DNA of 64,000 nucleotides from a virus (taxonomy: Duplodnaviria > Caudoviricetes): positions 24,800-88,799 of the IMG/VR virus record IMGVR_UViG_3300028549_001137, one strand, 5' to 3'. The number at the start of each line of letters is the position of its first letter. The first letter of the stretch is position 1. The translations under genes and the position numbers were made by a program. This document shows positions 13,001 through 20,707 of this stretch, piece by piece. The notes below the pieces were generated by a model. That model had not been told where the DNA came from and ran no database searches. It worked only from the letters and a program-made list of their open reading frames with translations.

Positions 13001-14754
13001 AAGTTCTTGGTCAAGTGTTAGTTACTATAACAGGACCTGCTACTATTGAGTTGATTTCTAAGAATGTTAACTCTGATGGGTGGGTTCAGCAAAACGACGC
13101 ATTTAAAATAGACAAACAAGGTTATTATTCCATACAAGCACATTCTGACCCTGGTCTTAGATCAGGGGAATGGGGGGTAAGTGACCTTATTATGTATATG
13201 ACCCGTGTAGCTTCATTCTCTAAGTGGATAGCTATAAGAAGCAACACGGCAGTTAATTACTCATTTGATTACTCTGAATTTAATTCTATAGTGCACTATT
13301 TACATAATTTAAAGGTGTATTCTTCAGAAAGACATAGACCTACTGAATCTTATTGGTGGTGGCGGGCTTCTATATGTAAACTGGAAAACGACCCAATGAA
13401 TGTGAAAATAGGTACAAAATCTTTGAAAATTACTTATCCAAATAATGCTGATCAAAAAGATACAATTAGGTTTTTAGAAGGGGATCATTTTGGTTGGGAT
13501 AGATCTTGGTCTATTAAAGATTCTTTAAGTGTTTGGTTTTATATTGAAGATATAGATAAATTATGTATTGCAGATTGTGACTTTTCTTTTGGGTCATTTG
13601 ATGGTTATAGGCTTGATGTTCCCCCCACCATTGCAGACCATAGAGTAACTTATCCCGATCCTAATTATACTCCTGTGGGTTATAAAAACTCATCAAGCCC
13701 CTCTACCTATACTTGGAGTTTCTCAGAATTAAATCTAACTACAGGATGGAACAAGGTAGTTTTAAGATTTGATAAAGCTTCGAAGCATGATCCTATCAAA
13801 TCATTTACTGATGGTACTTTATCATCCGCATTGAATTTTAAAAATTACATCACCTCTTCTTTTAGTGTATCTCTTAGGGGTGCGAATGACGCTTTCTATG
13901 TATTACTTGATGGTATAGAGGTTGAACGTAATTGGTACTATGATGAGGTATTACCAGGATCTCACGGTCTATGTATTACTTGGAATGATTACGTAGAAAT
14001 ACCTATAAGTGGTGCCGATATGAGAAAAGGCACAGTAGAGATGACTATTAAATTATATACAGACACATCTGGCATGGACCATTTTAGGAACACCCAATCT
14101 CGTACATTATTTACCATGTTAGACTCTACAAACAATATGCTTTCTTTAAGTATTAGATCTGGTAATTGGTTTGAAGTGGGGGTAGGTGACACATCTACTG
14201 GTTATATAGCCATGTACCCAGACTCGTACAAGATAGACATGCGCAACTACTCCTTTGATATAGACGACGTTTTTCATATAGTAGTGGCTTGGAGTAATAA
14301 TGGTACGGGTTTTACAAATAATGACACTATACGTTTATATATTAACGGGAATATGGCATTTTCTGCTAAAGTACCTTGGGAAGTAGGTGATAGTAAGAAT
14401 ATACTTTTTAGACTAGGTGGAGGTAATACTTATTATTCTACTAATGATGATTCTGATGGGAGTGCTATTTTTAGTAATGTTAAGCTTTTTAATTATTGTA
14501 AAACTAAATTTGATATTTATGACCCAAATTTTACTGATATTAGTAGTATTACCCCAAATAATTTAATAAGTATTTCTACGAATAATGAAACCTTCTATAG
14601 TAATAGGGACGCTGAGTTACCGTTTGAGTTTACAGCAGTAAACCCAGGTGATGTAGTTCCAATATATACAAAAATAGATAAAACACAAATGAATAAGCTA
14701 GAAGATGGTAAACTGACCGGATTTTTAAATATAGAATGGAAAATGCCTGTGTAA
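4066..14754 (+). CDS. Giant (~3560 aa) tail/adhesin protein with LamG (concanavalin-A-like), discoidin/F5-8C-like and CBM-like beta-sandwich domains
   Basis: ATG 4066 overlaps the upstream TGA. LamG signature FTIEFRIK..WHHIALVRN..SLYIDG..IIGG..FIGYMDELRI at about 10330-10700, and a second LamG-like unit near the C-terminus (HIVVAWSN..IRLYING..FSNVKLFN). Several xxDLG-type discoidin-like strands. Confidence 0.7.
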   Translation: MLDFNLLKEAHSISNVVSCRHDNLNGFQSDFSKNGDVDGWDVYSGVCMYGCWNTVLFGTSTENSCFIGRTTPFEYILAEKYYIIKFVMKLTMLDQAKHKAPTKGKVMWTTTETPEWVDVSSKEFELNMSDQWYTYIINVGESSQWLGNINNLRIFPMIDGFPDIQFVIKNIRIDSISDFSCNNHACAYYSKYAHPCQGTGKPSCITSGKFIKKFNTVAGVSDCLIVNIDDYGDEHINLGTNVNVSGAEIAKIMIDRISRLNLGQYAYADVRYIEERGLLSIYSGSVSAEATITVSGSASLALGFVDENNNDISTYMLGESPASGFDYSSSRRLKGFELNALINSDTDSCAYYHNIDQFTVEAGRSEFAEQMTANTLAISDRLDHNKLIDCSQKILIDWSHPINDSGRLSNIWVNGTHVYKMSQSSTHWADFSNNPPYPPKILILRPYKDGSVKIIHSLDIEDEGLTTRYTEIEVTFKVVCNILVNKGDLIGFFNLNVLAPYSSRTKLPNAVYYQVDVVDGMLPTDKFTIGPPRSQGVIGLAYYARSDRQQTNIQLEIDMGKRVNIKELQVYGKSFSNIYEYNVACCLDVSWTVDLHNETHIHEYGGSCVPHGYVAHRNKAYGIECLSDCVTTIDGGKCGDFYTIKTIQPGFIKTYFDGYECNGSDPDTYCGIETFGEHTYFYVNGDMEWAGGGCPGDIVSVPHAKHEFEDYGGGRLPINYEYDPVTFYLMFPHTKDIEVHKTIMYFKEPKNFKRFSLSYYLGENGEWGNAEAPHFELIPDYNIVTLDGTVYYKGFADGENSLTQRFETTLFNNPVAWSDPNYSNGECTNWELFQTQMNTQFNIIKHEFDPVNAKGFMIYCTWHLSTKITELELYSKITVEPTLIDSISLLTSIYGGDWNEVVFTGCENNSEKISAYISGNPRYFRIEVTPQSEFELKEVNAVITDSRIKSLGCGDTLLTNFAPRGVVVKSTTLDIENTFNIPMDLVVDIPTQLFTSSAMLSWLKLDSEVSTINSEIGPGAIVRKVDDYQIELFDSQIAINTPSYYLKNLIDNKNAYVQENGTSYHSFGTLHHGEDIGYSNIPNGRETVAGFKAVSSKYWKFGSYSANGYTLESFSIFYDTSSTIIPVAIKDFSSYSNSTYLEEVMWSQENYFEDGKLLFISYPGDSTKEISKFFIDGDFEIYAEVSFKTIPTICSCIAALLNITSAENSEQQIELYYEFTTNNYANIGFKYHKQNDGWTTVKSTSYYPYSPVYLKLIRSGDVFTALYSYNIVYGWTTLYTCVYTGFSKKVYFGMGTLNYGSSSSKFETYYNDLKIINTCMYLSDLSDEVVVTTPLPIESVYIQSEKKEKNGSFETTFNNITNTIDPVTIIDETFTEGLWYDNWNYSLGTHTDNTFVVRNASIYPYIGPNDIISIEKEFLPGVISFELEVDFNFDLPNKIKYSIELLNDADEVVFEIYLLGFETDRSLLEGASQEVSFLLHAESPVPTVQRITNGRSGKSPLIYEHKLISKEGLIYNDDGFKFIVKKSYLTFTEIVLKSTDGSIEYYRGQDEDSFTSRVSKLRISYLNLSDEFIHTQLQNCSTTYINFMALPKLSDKELIVLEFSGSVPIGTIKLLTREGDIKYPVVLLSNTGSNDYREWARGFNTTGSLSTSTHNVYSSDVALPGSTYFLHNPHAVFNDDSEIFISTASKTQFIAYDFGAGNDMVVNKIHIKTAIYSPQQYDYFPVLQVYGSNTYKDSIILDAYGSPAQLLFDLSVATFLTEFEINYISSVSYDTEKLFNNDNSYRYYIFYWPAGASNESKSICLEYIGLYKHYGFDTSSSVTRFSKNYFNYFAIDLGNVHSLDILRNYGPIGTQALLDLMDPNHISYSYTDTGDISQVDWPENSPSVLFNFEDYEDKALPSRFIELDGFFSLYTTGAPVTPESYVGIGIKLLYLGERTASSLSSVGISAYTSFTTVNASNLVKDNDYLSIDLLVSPRSNFNYGYIAISSSDSVGVEEWRYNFNSSGGDPLDLSNCLSESYQTFKLPLSYFEAVSAGSELNLSAIKTVRFFVYAKPGGATLGWRNAFITHQSIISAEASTSLFLSNNDFTIEFRIKRTMLGSEGILSQVDEADKNFSSFSFVFSKDNYLIATLYASNLIFEFISEVMVEDTLWHHIALVRNDVSVSLYIDGSIQCTKSIAKVEINKSTSPLIIGGACYYNFIGYMDELRIINGKSVYYSDFIPTIEEYAIDTKIGSKEAARWVRIAMECGDGINRTLQYIGVYADIRNAFSPTGGINCDWVPIGDALSCYNVVPGNIAPSASVIGYETITDSFTSGISDNWSLISSESTNDIINQTEFSGSHPSSFWRSTFNYLNSATSSIAHSINSLRIELGSSEEGNCVFNTEYCLLDCSCELDYVDQSVYINDGLFLSLSIYSDTGDYWSIVRNRLTISIENNGNKYYNYSTDVSNITGFKIKRLGRLLSFYVYNNDGWIELQSVGTLTADTSPFISGFGVYFELLVKKQAIYPATVIYINRAVLKNEGAIAPISALWSTVTSSGVNPSNMLGYITPEVPIEYGPIFSPGIISTGNRVNYLTYRYQNSGDEGGAGLSIIDYRDNEIFATACFQHAWAIKSAVGWEVVNDDIVKGSWCYVRIEFNWDTATALVIWGDIETGETKTYERGLIYNTNVAKAQIRSTFGKSWQKTFLDVKFDEIEVSPSIQYMASYHLNNCITGDGPESSAEFRYHGEDDVGSDSMADEFENCWGFPYTDPVPTLILDLGATFKVDKFVFYEIGKNMYPIESCSVYGATTTSGQFSLLVSDLGIGQDYFGSANIEPTDVRLIKLTINKYYRGRENSGIEFIPVVINTTSKYGEVQETILDGGFIREFEVWTSTGKDILNSEDHPIVCMDLKDRYNIVAHSITHEIDDEYDNDEQFFQYSSNISDDPSQVSFSTQGGYDQVFSFADSVIGDENNAGPFELGRQIFLDVGYYSFAWNTFRSEVLGQVLVTITGPATIELISKNVNSDGWVQQNDAFKIDKQGYYSIQAHSDPGLRSGEWGVSDLIMYMTRVASFSKWIAIRSNTAVNYSFDYSEFNSIVHYLHNLKVYSSERHRPTESYWWWRASICKLENDPMNVKIGTKSLKITYPNNADQKDTIRFLEGDHFGWDRSWSIKDSLSVWFYIEDIDKLCIADCDFSFGSFDGYRLDVPPTIADHRVTYPDPNYTPVGYKNSSSPSTYTWSFSELNLTTGWNKVVLRFDKASKHDPIKSFTDGTLSSALNFKNYITSSFSVSLRGANDAFYVLLDGIEVERNWYYDEVLPGSHGLCITWNDYVEIPISGADMRKGTVEMTIKLYTDTSGMDHFRNTQSRTLFTMLDSTNNMLSLSIRSGNWFEVGVGDTSTGYIAMYPDSYKIDMRNYSFDIDDVFHIVVAWSNNGTGFTNNDTIRLYINGNMAFSAKVPWEVGDSKNILFRLGGGNTYYSTNDDSDGSAIFSNVKLFNYCKTKFDIYDPNFTDISSITPNNLISISTNNETFYSNRDAELPFEFTAVNPGDVVPIYTKIDKTQMNKLEDGKLTGFLNIEWKMPV

Positions 14755-14765
14755 AGGAGAACTAA

Positions 14766-17700
14766 ATGTCACAATATAATTTAATAACTGCTGGCTCACT
14801 CAATAGTAGTACTACTTTAGGTACAGGCAATAAGTTATTAACATCTCAAGAACTACTATCACTATATAACGGTAATACTACTTCCTCTGGTATAACTATA
14901 GTTGAGTCTGATCTGCTATACTTAGATTTTGATATGGGATACAGAGTAGTAATGGACAATGTAAAATTATTTATAGATGTTCCTGGAGATAGGGACTTGG
15001 CTCTAATAAATGTTGATTTTTATTACAAAAACAATGAGTCTGATGTATTTGTTTTGTGTTCAAAAGGTCAGGACAGTACTATGTTTTATCAAATAACCCC
15101 AACTGGTGTGTTTGCTCCAAGATATGTTAGGGTAATTATAGATTCACTACAGGCTACTATATATGAATTAAAAATTACTAACGATGACACTCAAGTAACT
15201 TTTGGACCTACTGGAAATGAAACATTAGTATTTCTTAGTCATCTTACAGGGGGTTCCACTTCTCTTGGTATATATAATAACTCTGCTATAGGAACTACAC
15301 CTGTTAATGCTTACATATCTATCGATTACCAAGGGAAAGATTCTGATTACTATGTAAAATTATCTAATGCAGCAGATGGTAATTATTATGGTATTAGTGA
15401 TGGGGTTGCTCTTAAGGATAATGATCTGACCTCAGCAGTTATTTGGGATAGGGGTTCATTCGATGGTGTTGAGTTAATACCTACTACAGAGAATATTACT
15501 ACTGTATCTTACCCAGTAAGTTATTATACTACCCCTATAATTAAAATGGATGATTTGTTCGATGCCACATTTATTATATCTAATGTAAAGTTGACAAGTG
15601 CGTCGGATATAACTTATGATACTACAATACCAGAAGGAACAATTAAGGTAAGATCTAGTAATATATCCCCAATACCTTTTAGTAAATTATTTTGGACATA
15701 TAAAAATACAGATAATAAACTTATGGTGTTTGAAGGTGATATGTTAACTGGAAACAAACTACCTAATAAATTATTTATTAATACTTCTGCATCTATCCCA
15801 CAAAAAGTTATATTCGATAAGTTTAATGGTCATTTTATTACAATAGAACAAGTTTCTGGGACCCCCAATAATACAAATATAATAAGAAAATTCAGTTATA
15901 CAACTGGTCAACAACTTTATGAATCCTCATCAGTTTTTATGAATAATATAGCAGCAAATATGGGGGTAGATATATCCGGTCAGGTTTGGGGGTATAGTCA
16001 GGCTGTGGAGAACGCTGTAATTGTATATAGTTATGATCTTACAACATATACTATTGTATTTAATGGTGGAGAAACTCCTTTTTTAAATGGCCTATCTGTA
16101 GATAAGCAGTTACCATCTTGTTGGTATACAAGCACTTCAAAAAGTAAAGTATCTCATGTACAGTACGATGGGCTTATTTTAGCTTCTATTAGTGTGGTAA
16201 AACCTACACATATTTGCTCTATTGGAAGCGGTGGTTGTATAGTAGTTAGTGATAATCAATCTAAGGTGTCTCAATATAGTTCTTATGGTACATTACTATC
16301 TGAATTTGACTATACTGGTTTCGTTGACATTATAGGTATAAGCTACGGTTTTGATTCTGCCAGTACTGAGTATGATACTTCTGAGTTTTGGATGTTACTT
16401 TTGGGAGGACAAATAGTTAAATTATCATTTAGCGGTAGCACTGTAGTTACGGCAATTATTCCTACAGTTACAAGTATAGAGGCCTTTCCAGGAGGATGTT
16501 TAGCTTTTGAATCAAGTAATAAAGTGTATCAACTAAATAATGAAGGACATACTTCTAGGATATGGGATTTTAGTAGTTATACTACTAAAGGATTTAATGC
16601 TGTTCCAGTAGTAATAAATTATAATGAGTTTTTGTTAATGCCTAGTACTGAGAAGCTTATGCCTACTCCTTATGATCCTGTTTGGGGGGATGATATTGGT
16701 TGGAATGAAGTATCTCGTTCTGGTTATAAATTACCTATGAAAACATACCACCAAATTAAGTATAGGTTATTACCAGAAGTAATAAGTATCCAGATAATAA
16801 ATCCAGAAGCGGAAGATGGCATCACTGGGTGGCTGAATGAAGGGGCATCTACTTTTGAAATCACTACCGTATCGGTATGGCAAGGATCTTATGCATTTAA
16901 ACTTGGATCATATGGCCCAACTGTGTATCAGTTAATTGAATTATCTACTGTTATAGGTATAGATATAGAGAAAGTAGACCTTGGGTATTATTATATAAAT
17001 TTAAATACTATGGCAAGGTTATCTACGCTTTATACTGACAACTATATTAGTGTAACAATAGAATTTTATGACCTTGATATGCGGATTATATATAGTTATA
17101 TCTCTGAAAAATACTCTACATTGGTATGGACAGAAATAAATTTAGACGCATTGGTTTCGGTTGGAACTAGGTATATTAAGTTAAAACTGACCCCATATAC
17201 AAGCTCTTATAACTTCTCATATTATGATTTAGTATCATCACACATGTATATTAAACCAGTACTAGAAAGTGTAGTGATCCCTAAACCTGTACAAATTAGC
17301 GATTTGCAACCACAAGAGTATAAAAACATCTATATAAAAACAGAGTTCCCTGAAGATGCCCCTTTTCAGGAATACGATACTATTTTAAAATGTTGGTGGG
17401 GTAATGAAAATCAAAATCAAATAGTGGATCGGACTCCTCTTCAAAGTTTTTTATCTAGAAACGATGGTGTTAGTCTATCATCAGTCAAATCAGTAATTTT
17501 CGATTTCGAAAATATTTGGTACGACCACGGCACTATGGCGATTAGGTCCATTGAATTTACTGATGCTGCAGGGGATGTTATTGATCTTGTAAGTATTGGC
17601 TTTATTGCTTATGCTTCGTCTGAGTCAGATTTAATTCATTCAGCTGTACATGCTTTTGATAATACGTTATCTAAAGTTGGTAATGAAATTGGAACTTCGT

Positions 17701-17987
17701 GGGCTGCTGAATCGAATGTATGTACTTACCAAAGACTGATATGTGTCATGGACACTACAATCCCTATATATGGTGTGATAATTAATAATTATCATTATAA
17801 CGGACAAGGTGGTGTGTTCGGTGTAAAAAATATAAAAATCTATATTTCATCGAGCGATGAAGTAACAGAGTCACTTTATTATAACGCACCAGTTGCTTAT
17901 TCAATGCTTGTGTTTGATGGTATTATAGAAAAGCATGTGGAGGCTGATGTGGTTGATGATCAAGTACTAATATTGGATATACTATGA
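14766..17987 (+). CDS. Tail-associated structural protein with beta-propeller-like middle, a galactose-binding/FBA-like module and a C-terminal discoidin-like module
   Basis: AAGGAG SD. Module INPEAEDGITGW..QLIEL..GTRYIKL is also found in 24394-25878. C-terminal HAFDN..SW..VKNIKIY resembles discoidin-like domains. Confidence 0.55.
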   Translation: MSQYNLITAGSLNSSTTLGTGNKLLTSQELLSLYNGNTTSSGITIVESDLLYLDFDMGYRVVMDNVKLFIDVPGDRDLALINVDFYYKNNESDVFVLCSKGQDSTMFYQITPTGVFAPRYVRVIIDSLQATIYELKITNDDTQVTFGPTGNETLVFLSHLTGGSTSLGIYNNSAIGTTPVNAYISIDYQGKDSDYYVKLSNAADGNYYGISDGVALKDNDLTSAVIWDRGSFDGVELIPTTENITTVSYPVSYYTTPIIKMDDLFDATFIISNVKLTSASDITYDTTIPEGTIKVRSSNISPIPFSKLFWTYKNTDNKLMVFEGDMLTGNKLPNKLFINTSASIPQKVIFDKFNGHFITIEQVSGTPNNTNIIRKFSYTTGQQLYESSSVFMNNIAANMGVDISGQVWGYSQAVENAVIVYSYDLTTYTIVFNGGETPFLNGLSVDKQLPSCWYTSTSKSKVSHVQYDGLILASISVVKPTHICSIGSGGCIVVSDNQSKVSQYSSYGTLLSEFDYTGFVDIIGISYGFDSASTEYDTSEFWMLLLGGQIVKLSFSGSTVVTAIIPTVTSIEAFPGGCLAFESSNKVYQLNNEGHTSRIWDFSSYTTKGFNAVPVVINYNEFLLMPSTEKLMPTPYDPVWGDDIGWNEVSRSGYKLPMKTYHQIKYRLLPEVISIQIINPEAEDGITGWLNEGASTFEITTVSVWQGSYAFKLGSYGPTVYQLIELSTVIGIDIEKVDLGYYYINLNTMARLSTLYTDNYISVTIEFYDLDMRIIYSYISEKYSTLVWTEINLDALVSVGTRYIKLKLTPYTSSYNFSYYDLVSSHMYIKPVLESVVIPKPVQISDLQPQEYKNIYIKTEFPEDAPFQEYDTILKCWWGNENQNQIVDRTPLQSFLSRNDGVSLSSVKSVIFDFENIWYDHGTMAIRSIEFTDAAGDVIDLVSIGFIAYASSESDLIHSAVHAFDNTLSKVGNEIGTSWAAESNVCTYQRLICVMDTTIPIYGVIINNYHYNGQGGVFGVKNIKIYISSSDEVTESLYYNAPVAYSMLVFDGIIEKHVEADVVDDQVLILDIL

Positions 17988-18032
17988 TTAAAAATAGTAT
18001 GGACACGCCTTTATATATGTGGAGGTATTACT

Positions 18033-18956
18033 TTGTATAATTTACATCAGGTTTGGATAGATAAAGAATATGTTTATTATGTTACTTCTTCTGGTTTAGA
18101 TGTTATAAGTATAGACTCGCTTAATAAAGTATCCTATATAGAGTTAGAAGATACCTTTACTACTATATGGGGGAATGATGATACTATTTATTTAGGGACT
18201 TCCTTAAGCGGAATTAAATATATTAATAAAACAGCGATATTGACTAACGAGAGCAGCCCGTATGATTTGAGTATTTATCTAAACGATTATGCTTATTACT
18301 ATAATACTACTTCAGATACTATTAAATATATACATGGGTACTCTACTACATTAGCTGTAGTAACTTCAAGTGGGCTAGATATATTGAATAATGACCCATA
18401 TCAAGGTTATAAAAGTACTACAAGTAATAATAATATTACTACATGTTTTATGACATCTAGATTAGAAACATATTATAATGTACAAGTGTCAGATAATGAT
18501 GGTATCTTTAAGATAAATAATTCTAAATGTGATTGGCAGTATCCTAGTATAAGTTACAGTATAAATAATTCTTTTTTGCCATCAGATAGTTACATAAATA
18601 ATATATTTGTTACTGAAGGTACGTCCGATAATGGTATTGACAACACTTTATTTGTAGCAACAACATCGGGGGTTTATATATATGATGAAGGAAGTGAGTC
18701 TTATGATTTTTATAATACCACCACCCCTACTTCGTTGGATGGTACTTCTAATAATACAGTAGTAGTTAAGGCGGATCAATACACTAATAGAACAAATGGG
18801 AAAATATACGTAACTTCGTCTGGTGTTGGTGCGTCTTTATCTATATTGAATTTAAGTAATAAAAGTTTATTTGATAGTTATACTGTGTTAAAAGCAGGTC
18901 GCACCAATGAGGTTTTGACGCAAGAAGATATTAAAGATTTTGTTATTTTACATTAG
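18033..18956 (+). CDS. Beta-propeller-like virion protein
   Basis: GGAGG SD before TTG. Repeated blades (YYVTSSGLDVI, YLGTSLSGIKYI, AVVTSSGLDIL, FVATTSGVYIY). Confidence 0.5.
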   Translation: MYNLHQVWIDKEYVYYVTSSGLDVISIDSLNKVSYIELEDTFTTIWGNDDTIYLGTSLSGIKYINKTAILTNESSPYDLSIYLNDYAYYYNTTSDTIKYIHGYSTTLAVVTSSGLDILNNDPYQGYKSTTSNNNITTCFMTSRLETYYNVQVSDNDGIFKINNSKCDWQYPSISYSINNSFLPSDSYINNIFVTEGTSDNGIDNTLFVATTSGVYIYDEGSESYDFYNTTTPTSLDGTSNNTVVVKADQYTNRTNGKIYVTSSGVGASLSILNLSNKSLFDSYTVLKAGRTNEVLTQEDIKDFVILH

Positions 18957-18982
18957 TAAGTCAATAAAAAGGAGTGTTTAAT

Positions 18983-20023
18983 ATGGCGTATGTAAATATA
19001 GTTAATCAGGTATGTGCAAGTAAGGCAGAACTTTTCTGTCGTGTAAGAGATTTTATTTGTAAAAGAAACGGTACCTATGATTATTCTACTACAGGTATAG
19101 GATGGGCTTTGTTCGACTCTTATTACGCTACTAATGAAGATAATCCAGTAACTAACGATTGGTTCGTTATATATTCCCCAGGTGAATCTGGTAAAGGTGA
19201 TTTATATTACAGATTTAAATACGTACTAAACTTTGTTTCTGTACATGGATTTCAATCATGGGATTCAGTGACGCATACTGGATCTAATCAATACTGTACT
19301 ACTAACAATTGGTCTATGGCAGATGCTGGTTCTAAAACCTTGTGGATCTACGGCGATCTTGATGTTGTTTCTTGTATTAACAAAGTAACTACAGCAGACT
19401 ATGATTTGATTTGGTGCGGAAAACTAATGCCGGTGTGGGAAGGCCAGTCAGGTGAATGTGCTGTTTGTTCCTCTGCCTTAGGACTTGGTTCTGATGTATC
19501 TATAACTGTTGATGCTGTGCCGACTGAGTGGCAAGTTGGGGACGCTGTATTTATTAGAACTACACATAGTGATGTTATGGCAACTGTTAAGATTGAAAAA
19601 ACAATAATAAAAACAATTGTTTCTAATACTATTACTGCAGACTTAGTTAATAATTACACATCTAATTGTAAGTTGTCTAATCATTGCGGTTATGGTGTAT
19701 TAAACTCTACAGATGCAGGTGGGGCCATAACAGTCCTAATAACAGATAGTGGTTTGGTTTCTACTGGGGCTTCAAGCTTATTTTCTATACCAATGACACT
19801 TACTGATCATGATCCTAGTATTTTAGATGGTAAATGGGGGATGTTTGATCTTATTTATGGATCATCTGCTGCTGGGGTTATTGGGGCACTAAAGAATACC
19901 AAATGTATACCAATTTTTAATGCGTATCTTACTCACGAAGATACTTTAGAAACAAATAGTGGGATATATTGGAGGTGCTTTAAGTGTTACTCAGCTTTAT
20001 ATGCTGCATATAAAGAGGTATGA
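18983..20023 (+). CDS. Probable virion structural (tail) protein
   Basis: AAGGAG SD then ATG 18983. Context within the tail module; no specific family recognised. Confidence 0.45.
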   Translation: MAYVNIVNQVCASKAELFCRVRDFICKRNGTYDYSTTGIGWALFDSYYATNEDNPVTNDWFVIYSPGESGKGDLYYRFKYVLNFVSVHGFQSWDSVTHTGSNQYCTTNNWSMADAGSKTLWIYGDLDVVSCINKVTTADYDLIWCGKLMPVWEGQSGECAVCSSALGLGSDVSITVDAVPTEWQVGDAVFIRTTHSDVMATVKIEKTIIKTIVSNTITADLVNNYTSNCKLSNHCGYGVLNSTDAGGAITVLITDSGLVSTGASSLFSIPMTLTDHDPSILDGKWGMFDLIYGSSAAGVIGALKNTKCIPIFNAYLTHEDTLETNSGIYWRCFKCYSALYAAYKEV

Positions 20024-20054
20024 TGTATAGATTCTTATTTATTGGAGGTGCTAC

Positions 20055-20336
20055 ATGGCTATAGTAAGGGGTCACTATTTAAAATCATCTACTTCATTGT
20101 GTGGTAGAGTAAAAGAAATAACTTTTACTGGTACCGCAACTTTATCGGGTGTAGGGGTTTCACGTTTAATCAAGGGATATAGAGTACCTGATTCGTCAAA
20201 TGTGTATGAAACCGAGTCTGGGCCTGATGGTGTTTGGTCTTTGAATATGCGTGGTGGAAAAAATGATGAATTTAGGATTATTTGTGTAGGAAGTACCGGA
20301 GAAAATTCTGAAATATATGAACACCTGATGGAATAA
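20055..20336 (+). CDS. Small beta-sandwich (carboxypeptidase-regulatory/prealbumin-like) tail accessory protein
   Basis: GGAGG SD. FTGTATLSGVGVSRLIKGY..DGVWSL..FRIICV resembles the module in 20342-20704 and 24394-25878. Confidence 0.5.
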   Translation: MAIVRGHYLKSSTSLCGRVKEITFTGTATLSGVGVSRLIKGYRVPDSSNVYETESGPDGVWSLNMRGGKNDEFRIICVGSTGENSEIYEHLME

Positions 20337-20341
20337 GAATA

Positions 20342-20704
20342 ATGGCATATACCGCACCAATTAAAAATAATATTAATTTTATTGTTACTAAGGGGTATTC
20401 TGCCCCAACAATTAGTGGCATTAATTTTATATTAAATCCTACTGAGGTTCCTGTAACACCGGTATTTACTTCGTTTGAAGGTACTGTATTTGATGGTGAG
20501 ACTGCTTTGTCAGGGGCTGTAGTACATTTATACTATCGTTCTACAGGTGTGTTGGTTAATTCTACTGTTACAAGTAGTTCTGGTACTTTTTCAGTACCGT
20601 GGGGAAACACTGATACGTATTACTACATGGTGGCGTTATTTCCTGATTCTACTTATAATGCTTTAATATACGACTATTTGTATCCTACACTTAGTGGAAA
20701 TTAG
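20342..20704 (+). CDS. Small tail accessory protein with carboxypeptidase-regulatory-like beta-sandwich
   Basis: FEGTVFDGETALSGAVVHLYYRSTGVLVNSTVTSSSGTFSV pattern. The N-terminal YxxPxxxxINF..GYSAP motif is shared with the next gene. Confidence 0.55.
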   Translation: MAYTAPIKNNINFIVTKGYSAPTISGINFILNPTEVPVTPVFTSFEGTVFDGETALSGAVVHLYYRSTGVLVNSTVTSSSGTFSVPWGNTDTYYYMVALFPDSTYNALIYDYLYPTLSGN

Positions 20705-20707
20705 TTC

